In this document: positions 1 through 64,000 of the stretch, one piece after another | Numbering within the stretch: the stretch's first letter is position 1 | How the letters are laid out: each line of letters starts with the position of its first letter | Source: Amoebidium appalachense | Lineage: Eukaryota; Protista; Ichthyosporea | Reading direction: 5' to 3' | Assembly: GCA_963693365.1 (NCBI GenBank) | Contig: CAVNZM010000007.1 | Coordinates: 9,297,962 to 9,361,961, forward strand | Length of the DNA: 64,000 nucleotides | Notes under the pieces: model-generated | Seen by the model: the letters and a program-made list of their open reading frames with translations, nothing else | Told to the model about the DNA's origin: nothing | The model's database searches: none | Program-made: the position numbers and the translations under genes

Positions 1-46
1 TCAGTGCACAAAACACATAGACTAGTTACCCATCATACACGACACT

Positions 47-1216
47 ATGTCTGACAACTTACAGTTGCAGCAACTAGTCCAACTACTGGAGCAGAGGTTG
101 GCCTCACAAGATGCAATCATTTCTGACTTACAGAAGGAACAACGTGCACTAGAACTAGCTTCTATGAACACAATGTCCAACAGGGTTATGGGCTCCTCAC
201 GTAATGATTCCATCAAGTTCAAGGTCGACATCCCTCTCTTCACTGGCATTGATAATGATTCAGGCACGGACTACCACACATGGGCCGAAACCATGTATGT
301 CCAGCTTTCTGGTGCTGGTCTTCTCCACACCATCGCGCCCAGTACGGAGCACCCGGCTACCCGTGAACAGGTCGACACTGCCCGTTCCTACCTGTGGCAA
401 GCACTCTCGGTTGACGTGCGTTGTATCCCAGGGTTAACACGCACCACCACACCTGCGGAGATATGGTCGGCCCTATCTGCCCACTACCTGGAGCAATCTG
501 AGGCCAATCAGTACGACCTTATCGGGCTGTACATGAATTCTACGCCTGAACCTACGGACACCGCGACGAAATACGCCATGAAGCTCCGCGGCTACGTGCG
601 GCGCCTGGCCGATTACGGCACACAAATTGGTGATGATCAAGTGCTGACCAAGCTCAACAACGACCTCGGCAAGGTGCCTTACTACGAAATGCCTGTCATT
701 GCCTACAAGATGACACCCAAGCCTACCGTGATGGGCCTCCTCCAACAGCTACGGGCATATGAGACCAGCCCACGTGAACGTGTGACTACCAGCTCCGGGC
801 CGGCCGCCTTCACCACACGGGCTCCTCAACCTGTCATCTGCCACGGCTGCGGCAAACCAGGCCACATCAAGTCTCAGTGCCCCAACGGCAACGGCCAACA
901 CAGCAACTCTGGCAACAACCGTGCCAGCACCTACCCCAAGGGTTCCTGCGTCAACCACCCACTGTCTACCAGTCACACCACCGCCATGTGCAAGGGGGGC
1001 AACCGTGCCAACGGCCGCAAACCTAAGGGTGGTCCCCTCCCGCCTGGGTCCTGCATCAACCACCCTGCCTCTACTACCCACACTACGGCACAGTGCAAGG
1101 GGGGGCTGCCGCTCCCCGGGCTTTCCTCATGTCTAGCAACGACTGTGGCACCAACAAGGTGCTCCTCGACTCTGGAGCCACTGACCATGTGTGCCCCCGG
1201 CCCGATGTGTTCGTAA
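47..1216 (+). CDS. gag: Copia-type Gag (nucleocapsid) protein, 389 aa. The C-terminal ~35 codons are probably out of frame relative to the original gag-pol.
   Basis: ORF contains DYHTWAETM...AEIWSALSAHY (copia gag/UBN2-like), the CCHC knuckle CHGCGKPGHIKSQC, and two further CxxHPxSTxHTTAxC repeats. Confidence 0.8.
   Translation: MSDNLQLQQLVQLLEQRLASQDAIISDLQKEQRALELASMNTMSNRVMGSSRNDSIKFKVDIPLFTGIDNDSGTDYHTWAETMYVQLSGAGLLHTIAPSTEHPATREQVDTARSYLWQALSVDVRCIPGLTRTTTPAEIWSALSAHYLEQSEANQYDLIGLYMNSTPEPTDTATKYAMKLRGYVRRLADYGTQIGDDQVLTKLNNDLGKVPYYEMPVIAYKMTPKPTVMGLLQQLRAYETSPRERVTTSSGPAAFTTRAPQPVICHGCGKPGHIKSQCPNGNGQHSNSGNNRASTYPKGSCVNHPLSTSHTTAMCKGGNRANGRKPKGGPLPPGSCINHPASTTHTTAQCKGGLPLPGLSSCLATTVAPTRCSSTLEPLTMCAPGPMCS
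183..193 (+). other. Primer-binding site (half-tRNA-iMet type)
   Basis: GGGTTATGGGC is the reverse complement of GCCCATAACCC in the eukaryotic initiator tRNA anticodon stem-loop. It lies directly after an LTR-like CAACA end. Confidence 0.75.
1105..1214 (+). pseudogene. Truncated copia aspartic protease fragment in the -1 frame relative to gag
   Basis: The frame starting at 1105 reads AAAPRAFLMSSNDCGTNKVLLDSGATDHVCPRPDVF, with DSG at 1168-1176. It is joined to gag across a 7-G run (1099-1105). No integrase, RT or RNase H follows. Confidence 0.8.
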
Positions 1217-1227
1217 TGTCCAACAAC

Positions 1228-1542
1228 CTGAACACTGTGTGAAAATCATATAAATACTCAATGTGACGACCAACAGAATTCAACAAAAAGTCTAAAGTGT
1301 TCACATTGCCAGCTAGTGTAGCAGACACCCGTAGGGAAAGAGGTAAAACGCGACATAAAAACTCACACCTATCAACATGCTTGCGATTAAAAAGTTCAGC
1401 ACAAAAATGGCACCAGCGGCGATGAAAACAAGGATTACAACGCCACTGCACAAATTCCCAGGCAATATCAACATCAGAGCACCATACAGACTTATCTACT
1501 AGGGTGGTATCCATACGTACAGCAGGAGAAATGTATCCTGCC
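1228..1542 (+). repeat. Dispersed ~0.3-kb non-coding repeat, copy 1 (copy 2 at 5930-6260)
   Basis: Aligned by eye: CTGAACACTGTGTGAAA...ATGTGACGACCAACAGAATTCAACAAAAAGTCT...CTACTAGGGTGGTATCCATACGTACAGCAGGAGAAATGTATC is present at both loci, with scattered substitutions and indels. Confidence 0.9.
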
Positions 1543-2109
1543 AAAGCTCCCAAAAAGCGATAATGATCAGTACGGTATTGCCTGAGGAACATAACACATG
1601 CCGACTGAGTTTTACCTTTGATTTCCCTATCAGAACGAGAAAGAAACTTATACTGCGCATGGTAATAACGCGAAAAGGCAGAAAAAACAGGAAGAGAAAA
1701 GAAAGAGGGAGTGAGATAGCGAGAGGAAGAAACATGTTCTTTCACAGTGGAACGTTCACAGTGGGCATCAACGGACGCGAGCCGCCTAATGAGGCTTCGG
1801 CAAAAATCTCCAGATTGAATAAAGTTTAAAAGCGCATTAAAGCACAAATTGTGGTATGCGATTTGCGAACAAACGCTCGGTTGAATAAATCATTTTGAAC
1901 AGGGATATAGTTGAGGGGTTTACGCTGTTTACTCGAGGCAAAGAGAACCAGTCTCAGGTATGGGGGGGGGGGTTTTGCTCGGAATATCCCCTCAGCGGTA
2001 TATCATGATCACGTACATAGATGTCGGGTGGTGACTATATATCAGGGTTTACTTTCTCTACGAGACACCATAAAGACTACAAGGAGAAATCAATTAGTTG
2101 GGGTTCCCC

Positions 2110-2110
<1 letters not shown>

Positions 2111-2150
<40 letters not shown>

Positions 2151-2182
2151 GGGCTCCCCTCGGGACACTCGGTATCAGCTGG

Positions 2183-2261
<79 letters not shown>

Positions 2262-5115
2262 TGCGCTATAATTTTGTAGTGATGTGTTTCTCAAGCCAAT
2301 CAATACATCTAATAAACAGGTCGTAGTTACGCGTGTTTAGTATAAAATCAAGGATGTTGTAATTTACAGGTAGGCTATCTTTCTGGGTGTCTGTTGTGAA
2401 TGTGACGTGTGTGTGTTGCGGTATTATGTGGTCTATCAAACTACATTTGGCGATACATGACCGGTTAAACTGGTGTGTGTGTGTGTTGTTTGGGCATGCA
2501 AATGATGCCACCTTATACTTATTAGATCTCCACTGTATAGCACGTGTACAGTAAAAGCGTGGTAATTGATCAATAATACCATCAGCTAGAGAAAGACCAG
2601 TTCTACAGGAAGGTAATATGTATTTAGGTGTTATACACTTGCGAGTGCCATATTTGGCAATATGGTTGAGGCGGTCAGTATATATAAAACGAGACATAAG
2701 GCTTAGTTTTTCAAGGTGTATGCTTTCATCGGGTCTAGTGTCGTTTGGTATCTTTTTCCATTTGTTATATTGCGTGATTATCTTGTGATTGTGTACATGT
2801 TTAATAAGTAAGTGGCAGTCCAAAGTCACACACACACTATTGCGGGGTTTATTTGTATTTGTGCCCAGGGGAGAAGGGGAGAGAGAGGGGAGGAAAGAGG
2901 GGAGAGGTGAGGAGGGGACAGGTCGGATAGAGAAGAGAGGGTGGGAGGGCAAATACTTCTTTAAGCGGCTTATGTGCTTATTGAATTTCAGCGCGAGATA
3001 GGATACTCTAGCAGCTATTGGGACCAGACCATATATCGAGAGCGTTACAGGCCCAGGTTTACAACAGTTGTTAGATAGAAAGGAGGCAACTTCTGCTTCA
3101 AGGAAATTTGCCAAGGGTTTAAGCGCTCTAGTTCTCTCTTTCTTGATCCAAGCGGCGAGAAGGGGTAAACCATATTCACATGCCGGGAAGACAAAAGTGC
3201 GAATAAATGTAAGTCTAATAGAAGGATGGAGGGGTGTGTCTTTAAAAATATTAGCCGAGAAGAAAGCTAACCGCTTACGAGCCAACTCTACCCTCTTTTC
3301 GACCATATGGGGAAACATAACACCAACAGAATCAACCGGAACACCAAGATATTTGTATTCTGGAACTATAGGTACAGGTTTAGATGATAATGTAAATGTG
3401 TGTAAATTGTTAGCTATATCAGGTACAAGAACACCACATTTGTCTATGTTAAGGATCATAAGGTTTGCCTTGCACCACTCTGACACTACATCGAACAATC
3501 TTTGCAGGCGTCTAGGGGTACGGGCAAGGAGGGACAGATCATCAGCATAGAGAAGTGCAGGCGGAAAGTTATTAATAGGGTCATCGTTTTCGGCGTAAAT
3601 CTTGACAGCCAAATCATCTATAAATAGGTTAAACAAAAAGGGGCTAAGCAATGAGCCCTGCAAGAGACCTCTAGTACGAGCAAAACCATATGAAAGATGC
3701 CCATTAACCACAGCTCTACCATAGGTTTGAGACAAGAGTGCTTCTAACAGAACACCAATGCAGTGTGGTACACCCCGTGCAGCAAGCTTTTCCCATAGGA
3801 GACCAGGGGAGACAGAATCGTAAGCAGTTTTCCAATCAATAAAGCCAACATATTGTGCACCAACTTGCATAGAATCGTGCAGTGCCATTATTTGAACATA
3901 ACATGAATTGTTTTTACGAAAAGCGGATTGGCATGGGTGTATGTGAAGAATAGATTGAAACCTAGGGTGATGTGCAAATAACCTAAGTAAGCAAGCTTCA
4001 AAGAATCTACGAACAACCTGGGTTAGTGTAATGGGGCGAAAGGATGATATGGGGCCCTCAGAGTCCTTCTTAACTATGGGGATCACTAAGGTATCTAACC
4101 AAGATGACGGGACATGTCCACATTTAACACACCAAGAAAAGAGAGAGCTTAACATGATAGTAAGATCAGGTTTAATAGCACGATCACTTTCCTTTTGTGG
4201 GTAGGAGGGAACAAGGATTTTAAGAAACCCAGCAGGGAGTCCATCAGGTCCACAAGACTTACTAGAGCTATAACTAGATATCACAGACCATATGGCATCG
4301 GGACTGAAAAAGGGGAGGATCGATTCTATGGGGATAGATGGGTCTACAGGCCACACAATAGGTTTCTGAGCGGGGGTCCTATCTTTAAACAGTTCCGAGA
4401 AATACTTATCAGAGTCTATGAGGGGGTCTCCAGTGGTATCACCAATAATACGAGCAGGGGGGCCAAATCGATTCATACTAGCAAGCCGGCGCAAGCTTTC
4501 CTTTTGAGACAGGGGTTCACCTAGTCTAGCGGGAGTGGTGTTTGGTAACAAGAGAGCATCGGGATATTCCTTCCTACCACCGCCAGCATAATCACCGAGA
4601 TCTATCAAATCATCAACAATAAAGTTAGTGCATGTATCTAGTACGAGATGTGAATCTGGCCTGGCTTGTGCAGATTCTAATAGGCGCATATATATAGGGT
4701 GTTTCGTAGCATAGCATACACATACATCAACTCTACCCCACTGTGACTTAAGCTGGGATAGACGGAGGCGAAAGGTGGGAGGGGGAGGGGGGAGCAGATC
4801 AAGGGAGATCTTAGGTAGGAAAAGGATAGGAGTTGAGTTCCGAATTGTTTTTACTTTATACCGAAAATAATTATAGCTATAGTGATTGTCAACCCTCAAA
4901 AGCTTGCTCACAGAAGGTTTCAGTATACAGTACTTTAGCTTCAGCATTAATTACGTAAAGATGCATATAATAAGAAAATATATTAAATACGAATGTAGCT
5001 AAAAAGAAAAAGAAAAATAGCTCTTGGGTAATTTGAAGCGGCGCCGCGGCGTGGCGGCTCAGGGTTCCGAGAGGCGATCCGATTCGAACCAAGATGTTTA
5101 AACCACCGAGTTACT
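2111..5115 (-). mobile_element. Non-LTR retrotransposon (LINE-like) with a single RT ORF, (CA)n in the 3' UTR and a poly(A) tail. The 5' boundary is uncertain (about 4950-5280).
   Basis: The T-run at about 2111-2146 on + is a poly(A) tail on -. (TG)n at about 2184-2256 lies just past the stop codon. RT ORF at 2266-4947. No convincing TSD found. Confidence 0.85.
2266..4947 (-). CDS. Non-LTR reverse transcriptase, 893 aa, uninterrupted, with no recognisable APE or RLE endonuclease
   Basis: LINE RT motifs in order: KSCGPDG, IPIVKK, FRPITL, QSAFR, FIDWKTAYDSV, GLLQGSLLSPFLFNLFIDDL, LLYADD, LNIDKC, YKYLGV. C-terminal Cys/His cluster CPNNTHTHQFNRSCIAKC. Confidence 0.92.
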   Translation of the reverse strand: MLKLKYCILKPSVSKLLRVDNHYSYNYFRYKVKTIRNSTPILFLPKISLDLLPPPPPTFRLRLSQLKSQWGRVDVCVCYATKHPIYMRLLESAQARPDSHLVLDTCTNFIVDDLIDLGDYAGGGRKEYPDALLLPNTTPARLGEPLSQKESLRRLASMNRFGPPARIIGDTTGDPLIDSDKYFSELFKDRTPAQKPIVWPVDPSIPIESILPFFSPDAIWSVISSYSSSKSCGPDGLPAGFLKILVPSYPQKESDRAIKPDLTIMLSSLFSWCVKCGHVPSSWLDTLVIPIVKKDSEGPISSFRPITLTQVVRRFFEACLLRLFAHHPRFQSILHIHPCQSAFRKNNSCYVQIMALHDSMQVGAQYVGFIDWKTAYDSVSPGLLWEKLAARGVPHCIGVLLEALLSQTYGRAVVNGHLSYGFARTRGLLQGSLLSPFLFNLFIDDLAVKIYAENDDPINNFPPALLYADDLSLLARTPRRLQRLFDVVSEWCKANLMILNIDKCGVLVPDIANNLHTFTLSSKPVPIVPEYKYLGVPVDSVGVMFPHMVEKRVELARKRLAFFSANIFKDTPLHPSIRLTFIRTFVFPACEYGLPLLAAWIKKERTRALKPLANFLEAEVASFLSNNCCKPGPVTLSIYGLVPIAARVSYLALKFNKHISRLKKYLPSHPLFSIRPVPSSPLPSFLPSLSPSPLGTNTNKPRNSVCVTLDCHLLIKHVHNHKIITQYNKWKKIPNDTRPDESIHLEKLSLMSRFIYTDRLNHIAKYGTRKCITPKYILPSCRTGLSLADGIIDQLPRFYCTRAIQWRSNKYKVASFACPNNTHTHQFNRSCIAKCSLIDHIIPQHTHVTFTTDTQKDSLPVNYNILDFILNTRNYDLFIRCIDWLEKHITTKL

Positions 5116-5298
5116 ACTATCATCCATGGATTTGTGGACTCCAAGCCGGACAAGTTGAGCCAAACTTTGACCAGAAAGCGACAATTGTTTTATGAGCACC
5201 CAGAACATTAACGTGGGGCCCCTTTGCAAGGACTCGAATCCGAGATGAACCAGTTAACCTGACCCTATTTTCTATCATCATTCAGTACACATTGAAGC

Positions 5299-5331
<33 letters not shown>

Positions 5332-5489
5332 TGGCCGCCGGGCACCCGTTGTCCACATATTAAAGTACACAACCGAAAAAAGTGGGATGAAAGAAAAAGG
5401 GGGGAAAAAAAAAAAAATCAAAAACTTGGAGAAGGGGAAAAAAAAAAAAAGAGCTGGCATGCCATTCGAATTTTCCAAGAAAAGACTGA

Positions 5490-5526
<37 letters not shown>

Positions 5527-5929
5527 GCAAGAAAGAAAAGAAAAAAAAAATGTATCTCCACGTACGTATGAGTATGAGTTGTATCTTGTAACGTCGTTAT
5601 GACAACATGGGTATCTTTAATCATTGTGGAAGTACAGTACAAGTGCCTGCACCTCATCACAGCTCATGTATATATATATGTGTCGTTACTGAAACAGCAA
5701 ATTCCCCCTTGAAAACAATTACTGATCATGAAATATAACTTATCTGATATCATATATTCGTACATATCTATATGCCTCTGTAGGCACTTGAAGATATTTT
5801 TTCTTCTTTTGACTGGATTTATTCAACGGAAAGATATGCAAGTATGCACGGCAGCATACACGTATAATGATGAGTTGCCAAATAAACACTTCACGAGTTA
5901 TCCAGTAACAAGTGCATATACCGAGACTA

Positions 5930-6260
5930 CTGAACACTGTGTGAAAGTCATATAGATACTCAATGTGACGACCAACAGAATTCAACAAAAAGTCTGAAGT
6001 GTTCCCATTGCCAGCCAATGTAGCAGACACCCGTAGGGAAAGAGGCAAAACGCGACATAAAAGACTAACACCTATCAACATGCTTTCGATTTAAAAGTTC
6101 AGCACAAATTAAAAAGTGGCACGTACCAACGTTCGGCGATGGAAAAAGAATTACGCCACTGCACACTGTCCATGCATTATCAACATCAGAGCACCATACA
6201 GACTAGTCTACTAGGGTGGTATCCATACGTACAGCAGGAGAAATGTATCGATATCCTGCC
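5930..6260 (+). repeat. Dispersed ~0.3-kb non-coding repeat, copy 2
   Basis: Direct-orientation homolog of 1228-1542. Confidence 0.9.
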
Positions 6261-6554
6261 TGAAAATATTGGGCGGGTCGGAGGGGGGTTCGTGGTGGGG
6301 ACTCTTTGGGTCAGTGCTGAATCGGCCCAAATTAAAAAAGAAAATGGTCCACATACTGTACACACTCTGACATGATGGCAGCCTAAGCAAGACATCAATC
6401 TCCATTACATATTTCACCGCGCTGCCATAAATCATATAAATCATTACAAGCATATTGCAGAGGGCCAAACTCCTACAATACTATCTACCAAGTTTTTATC
6501 TCCCAGGAGTAAACTTAAAAAGGAGATGTAGATCTCGTCCTGTTAGGTTACCGC

Positions 6555-6813
6555 AAGGTCACATGTGACACTGTATGCGCAAACAGTGCTTGCTTTTGAT
6601 TGGCGCGCACCATACCCGAAAAATCGACAGCTGTTGACTGTCGTCGGTAAGCTCTTTGAAAACAAGCGCTTCAGTGTGTACTGTAAACTGTAATTTGCCT
6701 TAGGGTCATTCTGACGGTTAGTGCTCCTTTGGTACAACATCACCTAGGGTAGAGAAGCAGGTGTAAAAGCCACCCAAGCACAACCAAGACCCCCGGAGGG
6801 TGGGTCGAATCAG
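6555..6813 (+). promoter_or_regulatory. Putative GCN1 promoter and non-coding first exon
   Basis: Repeat-free unique sequence with the palindrome GTCACATGTGAC (6558-6569), GATTGGCGCGC (about 6598-6608; inverted CCAAT, E2F-like) and a donor-like CAG|GTGCGT at 6813/6814. The ATG-bearing exon begins after TTGCAG at 8657, so an upstream exon is implied. Confidence 0.4.
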
Positions 6814-7130
6814 GTGCGTTTTGCTCTTTCCTGGGAGTAGAGAGAATAAGCACACACTTTTGGACGGTTGGTTGGCACCTTACCTCTCGAGCTTGCACGA
6901 AGCACAGATGCAAGGAAGGGGGTTTAAAGAAGTAAAAAATAGGCAGGTTTAATAGGTAGTTCTGAGGCCAGGAAAAGTTTATAGTGAGATAAGACGTAAA
7001 TGAGTGACTGATCGGGCTGTAAGCTTAGGGAGGGAGGGAGCGCGCACAGTGCAATGTGCTGTTATGTGCTTAGATGATTGCAAGGGGCAGGGATGTTACG
7101 AGTGTTGTGGGGTAGGGGGGTGAGGGTATC

Positions 7131-7161
<31 letters not shown>

Positions 7162-7243
7162 GAGGGGAGAAGGGGAAGGAAGGGGAAGGCACGGGGGGGG
7201 GAGGGGGGGAGAGATAGAGAGAGAGGGAGGGAGAGAGGGGGGG

Positions 7244-7277
<34 letters not shown>

Positions 7278-7552
7278 GGGTGACGGGAGGATGTGAGATC
7301 TGAACTAGATGTTTTTTAGTTGCACGCTCAAGACAGGTCACAACGGAAGTTTGGTTGGATGGATCACAAGATGGGGCCTAGTGAGTTGGAAAGAAGATTG
7401 CTACATTCACGTGGCGAAGGAGGGAGGGAGGACGGGGAGGGGGTGGGAGGGGGTTTGGTTTTTTTTAAGGAATAAGGACTGGGATGGGGCTGGACATGTG
7501 TGTGTTGTTGTGGTGGTGGTGGATTTTTTTTTTTTTTTTTTTCTTTCTCTTT

Positions 7553-7583
<31 letters not shown>

Positions 7584-8128
7584 GGGGGGGTAAGAGAGAG
7601 AGAGAGAGAATGACCAGAGTATATAAAGGAAACGGTACAGAGAGAAGAGGGAGGGAGAGACAGACAGGAGAGGGAGAGGGTGAGGGAGGGAAGGAGGAGG
7701 AGAGGGAGAGAGGGGGAAGAAGAGTGAGACGGATTGGGAGGGAGAGGGAGAGAGGCTGTGTGTGCGCGCTTGCGTGTGTGTGTACATGCCCATGTTTTTG
7801 GGTGGAGAAGGAACGAATGGGGTTGGGAGGTGGGTTGGTTTTGCATATTGACGTATTGTTTGAATGGGTGTGTAGGGGTCAGGGTAGGACGTCCTGTATG
7901 GGCATGCTGAGCTGAGTTTGTATTTGGAAAACGGGTTGTTCCATGTCTGATTGGTTTTGCTTGTTTCTGCCTTTTACCCCCCCCCCCCCCCCCCACCCCC
8001 CCCCGGACCCAAAAAAAAAAAAAAAAGGAAAAAGAGAACAATCAAATAAACACACACACACATGCGCGCGCACGCGCACCCCCCCCCCCCCCCCCCCCCC
8101 CCCCCACACCCCCACCCCCACACCCACA

Positions 8129-8326
8129 TCATGTTCAAGTGAAACAGTATCTGAGTTGGGTTTCGTTAACGAGGGGAATAGGTCGAAACTCGGGTACTGT
8201 GGATGACGTGGGCCCCCCCTGAGGATGGGCTCTGCTTATTATGCATACTCTTTATGTATGGCTTGCATTCTGCATCGTGTTATCCGTTTGTTCTTGTGTA
8301 CTTCGTACTTTTTGACGCATTCAAAA
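8129..8326 (+). mobile_element. Retroposon family A, 5'-truncated copy with a 14-bp TSD
   Basis: Nearly identical to the 3' ~200 bp of the copies ending at 18269 and 38281. Flanked by the direct repeat CCCCCACACCCACA (8115-8128 and 8328-8341). Confidence 0.9.
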
Positions 8327-8662
8327 CCCCCCACACCCACACCCACATCCACACACAAACACAAACACACACACGCACGCACGCAAACCCCCCCCCCCTT
8401 TTTTTGGGGGGGGGGGGGGGGGGGGAGGGGGTGTAATTGTATGAGAAGAGACGGGCATTTCTTCCCCCAATTTTTCTCCTTTGTGTTTTTGAATGGGGGG
8501 TGGGTTGGGGGGGGGGGGGGGAGGCTAGGTATATTATTCTTTTCGTTATATTTCTTTCTTTCTTTCTTTCTTTCTTTTTTTTTTTTTGTAGAGGAGGAGG
8601 AGGTTGGGGGGAAAGAGTGGGGTGGTTCCTTTGCCCATACTAACAATTCAATTGCAGTGACC

Positions 8663-63782
<55,120 letters not shown>

Positions 63783-63808
63783 GTATGTGCTGATCCCTCT
63801 CTTGTTCT

Positions 63809-63849
<41 letters not shown>

Positions 63850-64000
63850 TCGCCCCCCATGGCCCCGCCCCCTCCCCCCTGCCCCCCCTCCCCACCCACC
63901 TACGCACCTCCTACCATTCATTAAATCTCATCTGCTCTTTTGTTCCACCCGGCCTACCTGCAGACTCCCTTGTTATACAAACCCAATCTGGGTCTACCCC

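Larger units (their letters stand above)
1..1225 (+). mobile_element. Ty1/copia LTR retrotransposon, internally deleted: 3' part of 5' LTR, PBS, gag, start of protease, apparent last 11 bp of 3' LTR. The 5' end lies outside the window.
   Basis: AATGTCCAACA (172-182) is followed at once by GGGTTATGGGC (183-193), the copia/Ty5-type PBS complementary to the initiator tRNA-Met anticodon arm. Gag with a zinc knuckle follows, then the protease motif LLDSGATDH. The same 11-mer AATGTCCAACA recurs at 1215-1225, where homology to an unrelated repeat begins. Confidence 0.8.

Noticed and set aside
1083-1847. 254-aa minus-strand ORF overlapping the duplicated segment
   Set aside because: It crosses the copia/repeat junction, the second copy has indels that break the frame, and no motifs are present.
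5075-5245. tRNA gene suggested by GGTTCGAATC-like boxes
   Set aside because: No cloverleaf could be built and the A-B spacing is too short.
63964-64000. Possible next GCN1 exon after CTGCAG at 63963
   Set aside because: Only 37 nt are visible and TPLLYKPNLGLP does not clearly match the GCN1 C-terminus; cannot be judged at the window edge.

Overview
Eukaryotic genomic DNA, very rich in microsatellites and poly-C/G runs. Introns are spliceosomal GT-AG with CTRAC branch points, compatible with an intron-rich unicellular opisthokont (inference only). About 55 kb (8663 to beyond 63782, + strand) is one gene, GCN1, the HEAT-repeat activator of the eIF2-alpha kinase GCN2. I rebuilt it by hand as 73 phase-compatible coding exons (about 7,794 nt, 2,598 aa); the stop codon lies beyond the window. 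The first 6.3 kb holds an internally deleted Ty1/copia element, an intact 893-aa non-LTR reverse transcriptase ORF with no recognisable endonuclease, and a duplicated 0.3-kb segment. The GCN1 introns hold the most interesting signal: at least 8 copies, in two or more subfamilies, of a 5'-truncated non-coding retroposon. Each copy ends against a poly-C run, and the family carries a ~155-nt pseudoknotted RNA structure supported by compensatory changes between subfamilies. Also present: a Helentron/DINE-like element inserted in a branch-point minisatellite, a MITE, and a recurring poly-C tract just after the splice donors. Nearly all ORFs in the supplied track are microsatellite artefacts.
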